DNA of 64,000 bases from Patescibacteria group bacterium (GCA_041660605.1 JBAZWB010000001.1:750503-814502); one strand, 5' to 3'. Shown: positions 1 through 9,343, counted from the first letter of the stretch. Program-made: numbers and translations. Notes: generated by a model not told the origin, from the sequence alone.

Positions 1-368
1 TTGTGGTCGCGTTCCTTATAGTTAACCACGATATTTTGCGGTGAAAATTTCTTGGTCTTGAAGCGCGAGGTAAATGAGGAAATAGTAGTTATTTGCGGAT
101 CAATCTTAGCACTGTCATACATCTCCAGCAGCACCGACGGAGTCATAAACCAGCTCATCACGGTTTGGGAAAATAAATCAGAGGCCTGAATGGCGTAATA
201 ACCGTCGTACTGATACTCGGTGGTTTCCTGCTTATTTATCCTATTAATGGAAAAAGAGATTGAAGTGTCATAAAATACCGGACGCAGATAAGAAAATAAA
301 AACGTGGCAATCAGGGAAACTGCAGTAATGATTATTATCAGCCAGCGATATTTTTTTAGTATGGACAT
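1..368 (-). CDS. Partial CDS (N-terminal 122 aa; C-terminus lies beyond window start): Wzz/GumC-like polysaccharide chain-length determinant, N-terminal TM helix then periplasmic domain
   Basis: Manually translated minus-strand ORF from ATG at 366-368 with no stop to position 1 (MSILKKYRWLIIIITAVSLIATFLF...). Hydrophobic N-terminal helix. Sits next to a GT and the priming sugar transferase. Confidence 0.45.
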   Translation of the reverse strand, partial: MSILKKYRWLIIIITAVSLIATFLFSYLRPVFYDTSISFSINRINKQETTEYQYDGYYAIQASDLFSQTVMSWFMTPSVLLEMYDSAKIDPQITTISSFTSRFKTKKFSPQNIVVNYKERDH

Positions 369-446
369 AGCGATATTTTTATAGATTATTTATATGCGGA
401 TTCATTGAGAAAATGCCGGCCAATACGCTCTTAGCACCTTTAATTA

Positions 447-1547
447 TTACTTATATTTAAACTTTTGCCAAGACTCTTCAATAAACGCATTGATCCTTTG
501 CTTAAACTCTTCAATGTCATACTTTTCAGCGTGCCGGCGTATTTCTTCGGGATTAAAATCCTCGTGCCTGAAATGGATTATCGTGTCGGCCAGCGCTTCC
601 CAGGACTGTTCATCAAAAAGAACTCCCGTTTTGCCGGGGATAACCGTTTCCAGCGCTCCACCCGCTTCATAGGCAATAACCGGCCGGCCGCAGGCCATCG
701 CTTCTACTGGCGTAATGCCGAAATCCTCCTCCTGCGGATGGATGAATGCGCGGCAGTGAGATAAACACTTGATCACTTCCTGATCGGAAACAAAGCCTAA
801 AAACTTGATATTAGGCTTGGCTATGGCTTTCAGCCTGTCGTATTCCCCTCCTTCACCGATAATATAGAGAGGCAATCCCAGTTTATTGAATGCCTGGATG
901 GCTATATCCACTTTTTTATATGGCCTCAAACGGGAGACTATCAGGTAATAATCGCCTATTTCACGGCTGACGGAAAAACGTTTTATATTGATGGGCGGGT
1001 TTATTACCACGCTATCGCGGTGATAATATTTTTTTATCCTTCTGGCGACGAACTGCGAATTAGCGATAAAAAAATCTACCCTGTCCGCTGCCAGGCGATC
1101 CCACATTCTCAGATAACTCCTGTATAGCTGAGAAAACCTGCCGATAAGCTTAACGCGCTCAAGCTTATCGATTATTTCATTATGATCGCTCCAGAGATAG
1201 CGGGTCGGCGTATGGCAATAGCAGACATGCATTGTTTTTGGCGATGTCAGCACGCCTTTAGCCAGGCCGGAACTGTCCGATAAAACTACGTTATAGCCAG
1301 ATAAATCATAACTTTCAGTCGCCGGCACCATCATCGGCAAATACCACCTGAATTTCTTGCGAGCCATAGGAAAACGGGTGATGAATGATTCTATGATTTT
1401 ATAATCAGAAAAAACATGCTGGGTATTTTTTTCATCATAAATCAAGGTATGCACCGGCGCCTGGGGAAACATTTCACAGAATACCTTAAGGACGCGTTCT
1501 GCTCCTCCCAATTGATTCAGATGGTCATGCACTAAGGCAATTTTCAT
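447..1547 (-). CDS. Glycosyltransferase family 4 (GT1-fold, group 1)
   Basis: ORF track 447..1628. Likely true start is the internal MKIALVHDHL at 1547. Carries the typical GT4 N-terminus and C-terminal EX7E-type region. Confidence 0.85.
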   Translation of the reverse strand: MKIALVHDHLNQLGGAERVLKVFCEMFPQAPVHTLIYDEKNTQHVFSDYKIIESFITRFPMARKKFRWYLPMMVPATESYDLSGYNVVLSDSSGLAKGVLTSPKTMHVCYCHTPTRYLWSDHNEIIDKLERVKLIGRFSQLYRSYLRMWDRLAADRVDFFIANSQFVARRIKKYYHRDSVVINPPINIKRFSVSREIGDYYLIVSRLRPYKKVDIAIQAFNKLGLPLYIIGEGGEYDRLKAIAKPNIKFLGFVSDQEVIKCLSHCRAFIHPQEEDFGITPVEAMACGRPVIAYEAGGALETVIPGKTGVLFDEQSWEALADTIIHFRHEDFNPEEIRRHAEKYDIEEFKQRINAFIEESWQKFKYK

Positions 1548-1552
1548 ATTTT

Positions 1553-2944
1553 TTAACTGGCTGCTTTGGCTGCTAGCACTACAAAAAACGTTTTTAATAC
1601 TATCTGTAAATCTAATTTTGGAGACCAATTTTCAATATAATAAATATCTAGTTTTGCCTCATCCTCAAATTTTAAATCTGAACGTCCGGAAATCTGCGCT
1701 AAACCGGTCATGCCAGGCTTAATGGTTAAAAGCTTCTTATGCCAGCTTTCGTATCTGGAGACCTCTTCCGGCTCGTGCGGACGCGGTCCGACCACGCTCA
1801 TTTCCCCTTTTAAAACATTAATTAGCTGAGGAAATTCGTCCAGGCTGGTTTTTCGCAGAAATCTGCCCACGCGGGTGATGCGGGGATCATTTTTTATTTT
1901 AAACAATGGACCGTCGGATCTTTCATTTTTATTAAGCAGATCTTTCTTCAGTAAATGGGCGTTTTTTACCATAGAACGGAATTTATACAGAGTAAAAGTT
2001 TTGCCTTTAGCGCCTACCCGCTGCAGCTTGACGAATACCTCGCCCTGGGAATCAATTTTTATTAAAATTGCTATCAGCAGAAAAAATGGAGAAAGAATGA
2101 TTATGCATAAGGAGGAAATTATGATATCGAATATTCTTTTGAATATCCGGCCCCAGCCGTCAAGTCTCGTCCTGATAACTTCAATAATAGGTATATCAGC
2201 GATTGTCCGCACTTCAATGTGTGTTGGCTGGACTTCGAATAAATCGGTAGCGTATTTGAAAGTTATATGGTGTTCGCTGCAAAAATCCCTGATAAAAAGC
2301 ATCTGCTCCTTGGCCAATTGGGTGTCCAGCTGGATAATTTCATCGATTTGGACAGTTTTCATTTTTTCGGTCAATTGTTGCTGTGCGGATTCGTCAAATT
2401 GGTCAAAGCGAGTGATTATTTTATAGCCGAGGGAGGGAAATTTATATATTTGGCTGATAATGTCTTCCGTGGTCTGGTTCTTGCCGATAATCACGACATT
2501 ATGAAATCCGATGCCTTTTTTCAATAAATTTCTCTGAATACTGCGTACGATCAGGCGTCCCAAAGTTACCAATAATATTGACAGTCCCCAGCCGAATAAG
2601 ACGATAAAGCGGGAGGAAAAAAGCTCCCGCTGGAAAAAAATTATTATAATGACGATGGCAATGCTGGCCGTGCAACCAATAAAGATCGCAGTTACTTCAT
2701 CAAATAGGCGTCTCGTATTCTTTATGGCATACAAACCGGTTAAAGCGAAAATTATTAAAAAAACCAGCGGAACGAAAAATAATATATTGGCATAAGGCTT
2801 GAATATGATTTCGGTAACTACCGGCCTGAGATCGGTAAAAAAAGAAAAGAAACGTAACTGGTATGCAAAAAAGCCTGCCAGGATGATCATAAAATAATCA
2901 ACAGGTAATAAAACCACGCTAAATATTGATTCAGACTTGTTCAT
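1553..2944 (-). CDS. Polyprenyl-phosphate sugar-1-phosphate transferase (WbaP/'bacterial sugar transferase' family), initiating enzyme of EPS/O-antigen synthesis
   Basis: Multi-TM N-terminus. C-terminal domain FDIIISSLCIIILSPFFLLIAILIKIDSQGEVFVKLQRVGAKGKTFTLYKFRSM is the bacterial sugar transferase signature. Start trimmed to MNKSESIF (ATG at 2944). Confidence 0.85.
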   Translation of the reverse strand: MNKSESIFSVVLLPVDYFMIILAGFFAYQLRFFSFFTDLRPVVTEIIFKPYANILFFVPLVFLIIFALTGLYAIKNTRRLFDEVTAIFIGCTASIAIVIIIIFFQRELFSSRFIVLFGWGLSILLVTLGRLIVRSIQRNLLKKGIGFHNVVIIGKNQTTEDIISQIYKFPSLGYKIITRFDQFDESAQQQLTEKMKTVQIDEIIQLDTQLAKEQMLFIRDFCSEHHITFKYATDLFEVQPTHIEVRTIADIPIIEVIRTRLDGWGRIFKRIFDIIISSLCIIILSPFFLLIAILIKIDSQGEVFVKLQRVGAKGKTFTLYKFRSMVKNAHLLKKDLLNKNERSDGPLFKIKNDPRITRVGRFLRKTSLDEFPQLINVLKGEMSVVGPRPHEPEEVSRYESWHKKLLTIKPGMTGLAQISGRSDLKFEDEAKLDIYYIENWSPKLDLQIVLKTFFVVLAAKAAS

Positions 2945-2995
2945 TAATCGATATTTTTTAATAAGCCTAAGCAAACCTGTAAGCCGAATTCTGTA

Positions 2996-3040
2996 CCCCC
3001 ACACTAATAAATTGAAATTTTCAACTTATTAGTGTGGGGG
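2996..3040. repeat. GC-clamped hairpin/palindrome 1 (15-bp stem CCCCCACACTAATAA/TTATTAGTGTGGGGG, 15-nt loop)
   Basis: Perfect inverted repeat read directly. The whole 45 nt is nearly a perfect palindrome. Confidence 0.8.
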
Positions 3041-3093
3041 CGATGACCATCTATCTAGGCCCGATATTGCTATCGAGCTCAAGCAACCAACCC

Positions 3094-3155
3094 GCCCCAC
3101 ACCAATTCCATTTATCAACTAGCAAATATATCTATAAACAGAATTGGTGTGGGGC
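3094..3155. repeat. GC-clamped hairpin 2 (15-bp stem GCCCCACACCAATTC/GAATTGGTGTGGGGC, 32-nt AT-rich loop)
   Basis: Perfect inverted repeat. Same outer clamp as hairpin 1, different inner stem. Confidence 0.8.
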
Positions 3156-3244
3156 CTATTTGGTTTTGCACCGGATAGGGTTTTTCATACTAGCCAGTCG
3201 CCTGGCCAGCCTGTGAGCTCTTACCTCACCGCTTTTCACCCTTA

Positions 3245-3318
3245 CCCCCACACCTTTCGCATCATCATTATATTATAGCTTCTCTTATTGAATTAGAGGC
3301 ATGCGAAAGGTGTGGGGG
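3245..3318. repeat. GC-clamped hairpin 3 (18-bp stem CCCCCACACCTTTCGCAT/ATGCGAAAGGTGTGGGGG, 38-nt loop)
   Basis: Perfect inverted repeat. Same outer clamp, different inner stem. Confidence 0.8.
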
Positions 3319-3456
3319 CGGTATTGTCTCTGTGACACTCTCCCTGGACTTCAAATTTTTAAAATGCTATAGCACTTTCAAAAATCTTACTTCCGGTCGC
3401 CCTTAGCGACTACCCGCTTCTCCGGCTTATTAGCCGGAGGGTGTTCGGACTTTCCT

Positions 3457-3524
3457 CCCCCCACACCAATACGTAAAAATATATTCTGAAATAATGAGTA
3501 ATTCTAATGTATTGGTGTGGGGGG
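3457..3524. repeat. GC-clamped hairpin 4 (16-bp stem CCCCCCACACCAATAC/GTATTGGTGTGGGGGG, 36-nt loop)
   Basis: Perfect inverted repeat. Same outer clamp, different inner stem. Confidence 0.8.
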
Positions 3525-3577
3525 CGATCATCCAGCTTACTTAGGCTTAATTTTGATAATAGCGAAATAAGGGTATT

Positions 3578-3607
3578 TTGTCAACACCCAATTATACATG
3601 GTACAAT
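3578..3607 (+). promoter_or_regulatory. Candidate sigma70-like promoter for GDPD gene (TTGTCA-18-TACAAT)
   Basis: -35 at 3578-3583 and -10 at 3602-3607, 10 nt before the ATG at 3617. Confidence 0.3.
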
Positions 3608-3616
3608 AAAGAAAAT

Positions 3617-4303
3617 ATGCAAAACTTTTATAAAATCGGCCACCGGGGCGCGGCCGGCTACGCGCCGGAAAATACCCTGCTTTCCATTAAAAAAGCTTTG
3701 GAATTAAAAGTTGATGCTATTGAATTCGACATTCACCGCTGCCAAACTGGGGAATTAGTAGTCATCCACGATGAAAAAGTTGACAGAACCACCGATGGTT
3801 CAGGTGAAATCGTTAGAATGAGCCTGGAAAAAATTAAAACATTTGATGCCGGCCTGGGCGAAAAAATCCCGACTCTAGATGAGGTTCTGGATTTGATTGA
3901 CGGAAAATCAAAAGTAAATATCGAACTTAAAGGTAAAGGTACGGCCAAGCCATTGGCGGATTTGATCGTAAAAAAAATCGCCTCAAAAAAATGGGAATTA
4001 TCCGATTTTATCGTTTCATCATTCGATCGGCCTAAGCTGGAACAATTCCATGGATTAGCTCCTGATATTTGGACGGGAATCATTTATACCCGGCCTCGCT
4101 TATTTTTCCTGCAAAAAGCGAAAAAAATTGGCGTAAAATCCATCCACCTTTCAAAAAAATTCGTTTCACGGAAAATTACCGAGAAAATCCATTTGGCGGG
4201 GCTAAAACTTTTTATTTATACGGTTAATGAACCGGACGAAATAAAAAAAATCCGGCAGCTTAGCGTTGACGGCATTTTTTCGAATTTTCCTGATAGATTA
4301 TAA
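3617..4303 (+). CDS. Glycerophosphodiester phosphodiesterase (GDPD/UgpQ-GlpQ family)
   Basis: HRGAAGYAPENTLLSIKKALELKVDAIEFDIHRCQTGELVVIHD is the GDPD motif block. Start moved to MQNFYKIGHRG. Confidence 0.85.
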   Translation: MQNFYKIGHRGAAGYAPENTLLSIKKALELKVDAIEFDIHRCQTGELVVIHDEKVDRTTDGSGEIVRMSLEKIKTFDAGLGEKIPTLDEVLDLIDGKSKVNIELKGKGTAKPLADLIVKKIASKKWELSDFIVSSFDRPKLEQFHGLAPDIWTGIIYTRPRLFFLQKAKKIGVKSIHLSKKFVSRKITEKIHLAGLKLFIYTVNEPDEIKKIRQLSVDGIFSNFPDRL

Positions 4304-5179
4304 TTCCAGCAGGTACTTGTTGAAAAAATTCAGAACCTTATCTTCATACTCACCTTTGGATATTGTATAAGTATTCTCATGTTCTGACTCGCGCTGCAGC
4401 CAGAATTCCTTTACCCAGGGCGCCGCTTTGGCAAATTCCAGGGCATTCTCAATCGGCACCCTCTTGTCATGCGCGCCATGGATAATCATCAGTGGACGTG
4501 CTTTTAACCTGCTTAAATATTTGATGGGATTTATTCTTGGATAGTAAATGCCCGTACGAAATTTAATTATCCCGAGTATTAAATAGCCGATCGGGAAGAA
4601 AGGCAAACCTTTCAGGTACCTCTGGAAATTCATCCAGATGACGCTTTTGAAATGCGCATAGGTGGAATTGATGACAATCGCTTTTACTTCGGGTATATCC
4701 CCTGATTTCATCATTGCCACGGCCCCGCCCATGGAAAATCCCAGCAGGCCTGTTCGGCCCAGATCGACATCCCGGCGTTTTTTCAAATAATCGATGGCAC
4801 CGACCAAGTCCGCCTGCTCGCGCTGGCCAAAGGTAATGAACTTCCCTTCGCTCCCGCCGGAAGCGCGGAAATCAAACATAAAAATATTGTACCCGGCTTT
4901 ATTCAGAAAACTGGCCTGCGGCAAGAGCTGTTCCATTGACCGCCCGTAGCCGTGTAATAATATAATTATCGCCTTATTAACGCCGCGGATGAATGCCCCG
5001 GCTAGTTTCAGGCCGTCTGGTGAATTAAAATCGACAATTTCCGGGTGCAGGTCATACTTTTTCCATTCTTCTCTTTTGTATTCCCTCGGCGAACGGCAAA
5101 TTCTAGAGGCTACAAACCAGCTGACCCCAAAGATGAAGAACAACAGCAATATTAAAAATAAAATGATGTTGTAAACCAT
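4298..5179 (-). CDS. Alpha/beta-fold hydrolase (esterase/peptidase S9-like) with N-terminal TM anchor
   Basis: GFSMGG nucleophile elbow (GxSxG), HG oxyanion region, N-terminal hydrophobic helix. Confidence 0.7.
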   Translation of the reverse strand: MVYNIILFLILLLFFIFGVSWFVASRICRSPREYKREEWKKYDLHPEIVDFNSPDGLKLAGAFIRGVNKAIIILLHGYGRSMEQLLPQASFLNKAGYNIFMFDFRASGGSEGKFITFGQREQADLVGAIDYLKKRRDVDLGRTGLLGFSMGGAVAMMKSGDIPEVKAIVINSTYAHFKSVIWMNFQRYLKGLPFFPIGYLILGIIKFRTGIYYPRINPIKYLSRLKARPLMIIHGAHDKRVPIENALEFAKAAPWVKEFWLQRESEHENTYTISKGEYEDKVLNFFNKYLLEL

Positions 5180-5181
5180 AA

Positions 5182-5595
5182 TTATTGCCGGAAATCGATT
5201 GCTTTATTAACTAATTTATCCGCCTCCTTATTTTTTTCCCTGGGAATATGGTGGAAACTAATTTTTTTAAAACCGATCATCAAATTCCAGGCTTTTACAA
5301 ACAAAGTGGCCAGCTGGCTATTCTTCACTTTCGCTCGCTGACTCAGCTGGTTAACGACCAATTCGCTGTCAATGAAAAAATCCAGCTCCTCCGCTCCCAG
5401 ACGCTTAGCCTGTTCCAGAGCCAAAACCACCGCCTGATACTCTGCCTGATTATTGGTCACCACCCCAATGAATTTCGAATAAGTGCCAATCAACTTTGTC
5501 CCCTGCCAGATAACAACGCCAACCCCTCCAGGTCCGGGATTACCTCTGGCGCCGCCGTCTGTGTAAATTTCGTATTTTTTTTCGCTCATATTCAT
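5182..5595 (-). CDS. Ribonuclease H (RNase HI-type)
   Basis: YTDGGARGNPGPGG opening, E/D catalytic residues, about 135 aa. Confidence 0.7.
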   Translation of the reverse strand: MNMSEKKYEIYTDGGARGNPGPGGVGVVIWQGTKLIGTYSKFIGVVTNNQAEYQAVVLALEQAKRLGAEELDFFIDSELVVNQLSQRAKVKNSQLATLFVKAWNLMIGFKKISFHHIPREKNKEADKLVNKAIDFRQ

Positions 5596-6278
5596 TAATG
5601 AAAGTATTCAGATTTTAGCAGTTCTTTTACTGCATATTCGGGAAAACCGGTAAATAACCGCCGGCCCTCCATCTGGCTGCGATGCTTAAGCAACGCCTTC
5701 TTTTTAATCGCTGGGTCAATTAATATTTTTAAAGTAGGTTTCAAATATTTAATTTTCCTGGCATAATGTTTTGATTTTCTGCGGCTAGCCAGCCACTTTA
5801 ACGCTTTTCCGGTAATAACTGGCGGGAAAGCAAATGTCACAAATTTTATATGCTTCTTACCGGCAATTTTTCTGGCAATCTTACCGATGCCTATATGATC
5901 CAGATGGCCAGATATTCCATCTGGACCGAAACTTAAAATAAAATCAGGCTTAATTTTATTGGCGATTTTCAGGCCTTTTGTGTAAAGCAACCTGGCGTAT
6001 TTCTGAATTTTGCCATCAGGGACACCGGCAAATACAATTTTTTTAATATGCAGTATTCTACCGGCTGCCAATAATTCCTTTTTTCGAACACGCTTTAATT
6101 TTAATTCGGATATTTCTTTTTTTAAATGAGATTTTCCCTTTTCACCCAGTGATGCGCAGAAGAGGTAGTTTTCCCCGCCCTGCTTGAAATTTTTATATAA
6201 AGTTCCGGCCGCTGCGTAGCTCTCATCATCCGGATGGGCAGTGAAAACTAATATTTTTTTCCCTAAAACGAATTTCAT
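5595..6278 (-). CDS. PIG-L/LmbE family N-acetylglucosaminyl deacetylase
   Basis: LVFTAHPDDES motif near N-terminus, HxDH region. Confidence 0.75.
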   Translation of the reverse strand: MKFVLGKKILVFTAHPDDESYAAAGTLYKNFKQGGENYLFCASLGEKGKSHLKKEISELKLKRVRKKELLAAGRILHIKKIVFAGVPDGKIQKYARLLYTKGLKIANKIKPDFILSFGPDGISGHLDHIGIGKIARKIAGKKHIKFVTFAFPPVITGKALKWLASRRKSKHYARKIKYLKPTLKILIDPAIKKKALLKHRSQMEGRRLFTGFPEYAVKELLKSEYFH

Positions 6279-7984
6279 ATTACTTCAGACATTTTTAAAT
6301 CATTCATTTTCAATTGAAGCTCCTTGCTGCCGTTCCATTCATTAACCGATACTTCGAAAATTATGTCAATCATATCGCCGATTTTAAGCTCATTCCCCCA
6401 GCCATTACCAAACCCAAAAGCGATAACTTTTCTAGTAGTTGATTTTTGCTGCAGGACCAGGCGCAAATGCTTGCCGTCATTGCCGACTTTTTGCAGATCA
6501 ACAACCTCTAAGCGGTTAGCGATAAAATGCGGACTCGGGTTGCCCTCGCCAAACGGACCGAAATTTCCCAATTGAACTACGAGATCCCAGTCTATCTGAC
6601 TTAATTCCGCTTCGCAGTCGATAAAAAACTTTTTTACCATATCCTCTTTATTTATCAGCTTATCGGCCAGACTCTCCATCTTTTTCTTAAATTTTTCTAA
6701 ATTGCTCTTTTTCAGGGTAAACCCGCAAGCCGCCGCATGCCCGCCAAACCTTTCCAGCAATCCCCGCGAAGCAATCAATGCCTTGGTAATGTCGAAAGCC
6801 GGTATGGACCGCCCAGAACCGACTATTTCACCGTCTCTTTCTCCCATGATAATAACCGGCCGGCTATATTCATCTGCCAGGCGTCCGGCTACCAGTCCGA
6901 CGATGCCGACGGTCCAGTCTTTGCCGTTGGCGAATAATATTTTTTGGCTGGCTATTTTGCCTATCTGTTTTTTCGACTCTTTGACGATTTTATCGGTCTG
7001 CTGCTGCCTTTTTTTGTTGGTTTCTTCCAGCTGCATAGCCACCTTTTTCGCTACTTTAATGTCATTAGTCATCAGTAATTCATAAGCGGTATTGGCATGA
7101 TCAATGCGGCCGGCGGCATTCAGCCGCGGTACAATGCCGAAAGCCACACTGACGGAATCCAGGGTTTCAAGGCTGAAACGGGTTGAAGCAATTAATTCAT
7201 GCAAGCCCGGCCGACGGGTTTTTTTCAGGACTACCATGCCGTATTTTACCAGCGTCCGGTTTTCCCCGACCAAAGAAACGCAATCTCCGATCGTACCTAT
7301 AGCTACTAAATCAAGAAGCCATTTTTCAAAACCAGGCTCAAGTTTCTTGTTTTTATCCTCTCTGACCAGCGCTTCTGCCAGTTTGAAAGCTACTCCCACG
7401 CCGGCTAGATCCATATATGGATAATTATCACCCGGGACGCGGGGGTTGATAATAGCCAAAGCCTGCGGCAGCTCAGGCTGCGGTTCATGATGGTCGGTAA
7501 TAATCACATCAATGCCCTTCTCTCTCGCTGAATTCACTTCCTCCACATTGGCAATGCCGCAGTCAACGGTGATGATCAGCTGGGTGCCATTTTTTGCCAA
7601 TTCATTTACCGTCTTCAAGTTCATGCCGTAGCCTTCTGACATACGGTGCGGAATATAAACATTTACTTCGCCGCCCAGCGCTTTCAGCGTGGTGACCAGG
7701 GTAACGGTGGCGCAAACACCATCAGCGTCATAGTCGCCATGCACTGTAATCTTCTCTTTGTTCTGGATTGCCTGAAAAATCCTCTTTACCGCTTTGGGCA
7801 TGTCTTTGAATAAAAAAGGGTCGTGAATATCCTGCCCGTAATCGGGATTTAAAAACTCGTCTATTGATCCCTGACTTTTTAGCCCGCGATTAAACAACAG
7901 CTGCAATACAACCGGGCTGATTTCAGGAAATTTACTCTTAATTTCTTCTGGGATTGGCTTGGCAATCTGCCATTTTGTTTTCAT
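6275..7984 (-). CDS. recJ: Single-stranded-DNA-specific exonuclease RecJ (DHH/DHHA1)
   Basis: ITVHGDYDADGVCATV and ITDHH motifs, GGH C-terminal domain. Start trimmed to MKTKWQIAKP (ATG 7984), 14 nt after a minus-strand TATAAT (7998-8003). Confidence 0.85.
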   Translation of the reverse strand: MKTKWQIAKPIPEEIKSKFPEISPVVLQLLFNRGLKSQGSIDEFLNPDYGQDIHDPFLFKDMPKAVKRIFQAIQNKEKITVHGDYDADGVCATVTLVTTLKALGGEVNVYIPHRMSEGYGMNLKTVNELAKNGTQLIITVDCGIANVEEVNSAREKGIDVIITDHHEPQPELPQALAIINPRVPGDNYPYMDLAGVGVAFKLAEALVREDKNKKLEPGFEKWLLDLVAIGTIGDCVSLVGENRTLVKYGMVVLKKTRRPGLHELIASTRFSLETLDSVSVAFGIVPRLNAAGRIDHANTAYELLMTNDIKVAKKVAMQLEETNKKRQQQTDKIVKESKKQIGKIASQKILFANGKDWTVGIVGLVAGRLADEYSRPVIIMGERDGEIVGSGRSIPAFDITKALIASRGLLERFGGHAAACGFTLKKSNLEKFKKKMESLADKLINKEDMVKKFFIDCEAELSQIDWDLVVQLGNFGPFGEGNPSPHFIANRLEVVDLQKVGNDGKHLRLVLQQKSTTRKVIAFGFGNGWGNELKIGDMIDIIFEVSVNEWNGSKELQLKMNDLKMSEVI

Positions 7985-8102
7985 AGATTGGCTTTGATTA
8001 TAGCATTTACTGTCCGTTATTTCAATAAATAAATCACGGTGAAAATTTTGTTTTATTTCCAATGTACGCTATAATAATATTATTATTAAACCTAAAAAGA
8101 TA

Positions 8103-8786
8103 ATGGAACCGGATAATCTACTAAATGGCAAGAAAGAGAAGTGGTTTCCCCTTTTCTGGGATTGGGAACAGCGCTGGATCGCCGCAGTCGTACCAAAATT
8201 ACCAAGCTACCTAAACGGCTACAGCCTGACTCTTATGAGCATTCCGGAAATATTTTTAATATTGCTTTTCAGCTGGCTAGCCCAAAACAGCCTTTTTTGG
8301 CTGATCGGCGTTTCCCTCGTAATTTTATTCCAGTACCTTACGGATTCACTAGATGGCGCTGTCGGCCGTTACAGGAAATCAGGGCTTGAAAAATGGGGAT
8401 ACTACATGGACCATCTGCTTGATTTTTTATTTATGAGTTCAATTATCATCGGCTACGCCTTTTTTATGCCGGAGAATCTGCTTTCACTCATTAGCCTGCT
8501 AGCCATCGTCGGCAGTTTTTACGTCAGCTCTTTCCTGGCCTCAAACGTCACCAGAAAATTCAGGATGAGCTATTATAAAATCGGGCCGACGGAAATGAGA
8601 TTCTTTATCATTGGACTGAATATTCTGATGATTATTTTCAAACCGACTTTTATGACCACCCTTCTGCCTATACTGACTGCCGTCTTCCTGGCCATCCTGG
8701 TCTTTACGATTTATAGTACGCAAAAACAAATAATCGACATTGATAAAGATAAAATTAATCTCACCAGCAAAAATAATGGAAACTAA
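8103..8786 (+). CDS. CDP-alcohol phosphatidyltransferase family membrane protein
   Basis: DSLDGAVGRYRKSGLEKWGYYMDHLLD fits the D-G-x2-A-R...G...D-x3-D signature. Multi-TM. Confidence 0.6.
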   Translation: MEPDNLLNGKKEKWFPLFWDWEQRWIAAVVPKLPSYLNGYSLTLMSIPEIFLILLFSWLAQNSLFWLIGVSLVILFQYLTDSLDGAVGRYRKSGLEKWGYYMDHLLDFLFMSSIIIGYAFFMPENLLSLISLLAIVGSFYVSSFLASNVTRKFRMSYYKIGPTEMRFFIIGLNILMIIFKPTFMTTLLPILTAVFLAILVFTIYSTQKQIIDIDKDKINLTSKNNGN

Positions 8787-9342
8787 ACATCTACTCAATT
8801 TTTTCTTTGAACTGGGCATCCTGAAAAAAGTTGAGCATGAAGGCTGGCGTCTGGCCGGTGTCGAGCATCCGGAAAGCGTTTCTGATCATTCTCTGCGTGC
8901 CGCGCAGATCGGCTTTGTGCTGGCCAAGCTGGAAAAACACAAAAATGCCTTTGAGGTATGCACCATGATTGTTTTCCATGATATCGCCGAATGCCGCACC
9001 GGAGACGTGCATAAAGTCGCTAATCGATACATTAAAAGGGACGAGGAAACTGCCGTAAAAGAACAGACAGTGAATTTGGAGGAAATCGGGCAGGAAATTT
9101 TTTCCTTATGGCAGCAGACAGAAAATAAAAACTCAACTGCTGGCATTATTGCCAAAGATGCTGATCTGATTGAACAGGCCATAACTGCCAAAGAATATAT
9201 GGAAAACGGGCATTCACTGGCATCGGACTGGATAAAAAACGTGAAAAAATCATTAGCTACCGCCTCAGCTAAGAAAATCATCGCTAATTTGGATAATATC
9301 AAATCCACCGATTGGTGGCAGGATCTAAAAAAAATCGACTAA
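8776..9342 (+). CDS. HD-domain phosphohydrolase (YfbR-like 5'-deoxynucleotidase family)
   Basis: H...HD metal motif (HSLRAAQ ... FHDIAE ... D). Start moved to METKHLL. Confidence 0.75.
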   Translation: METKHLLNFFFELGILKKVEHEGWRLAGVEHPESVSDHSLRAAQIGFVLAKLEKHKNAFEVCTMIVFHDIAECRTGDVHKVANRYIKRDEETAVKEQTVNLEEIGQEIFSLWQQTENKNSTAGIIAKDADLIEQAITAKEYMENGHSLASDWIKNVKKSLATASAKKIIANLDNIKSTDWWQDLKKID

Positions 9343-9343
9343 C

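Noticed and set aside
2996-3524. The hairpin array as a CRISPR array or integron attC cassette array
   Set aside because: The conserved CCCCCACAC and GTGTGGGGG units alternate in orientation as palindrome arms rather than recurring as constant direct repeats with variable spacers. There are no ORFs between them and no cas or intI genes anywhere in the window. The ends do not match attC R'/R'' cores.
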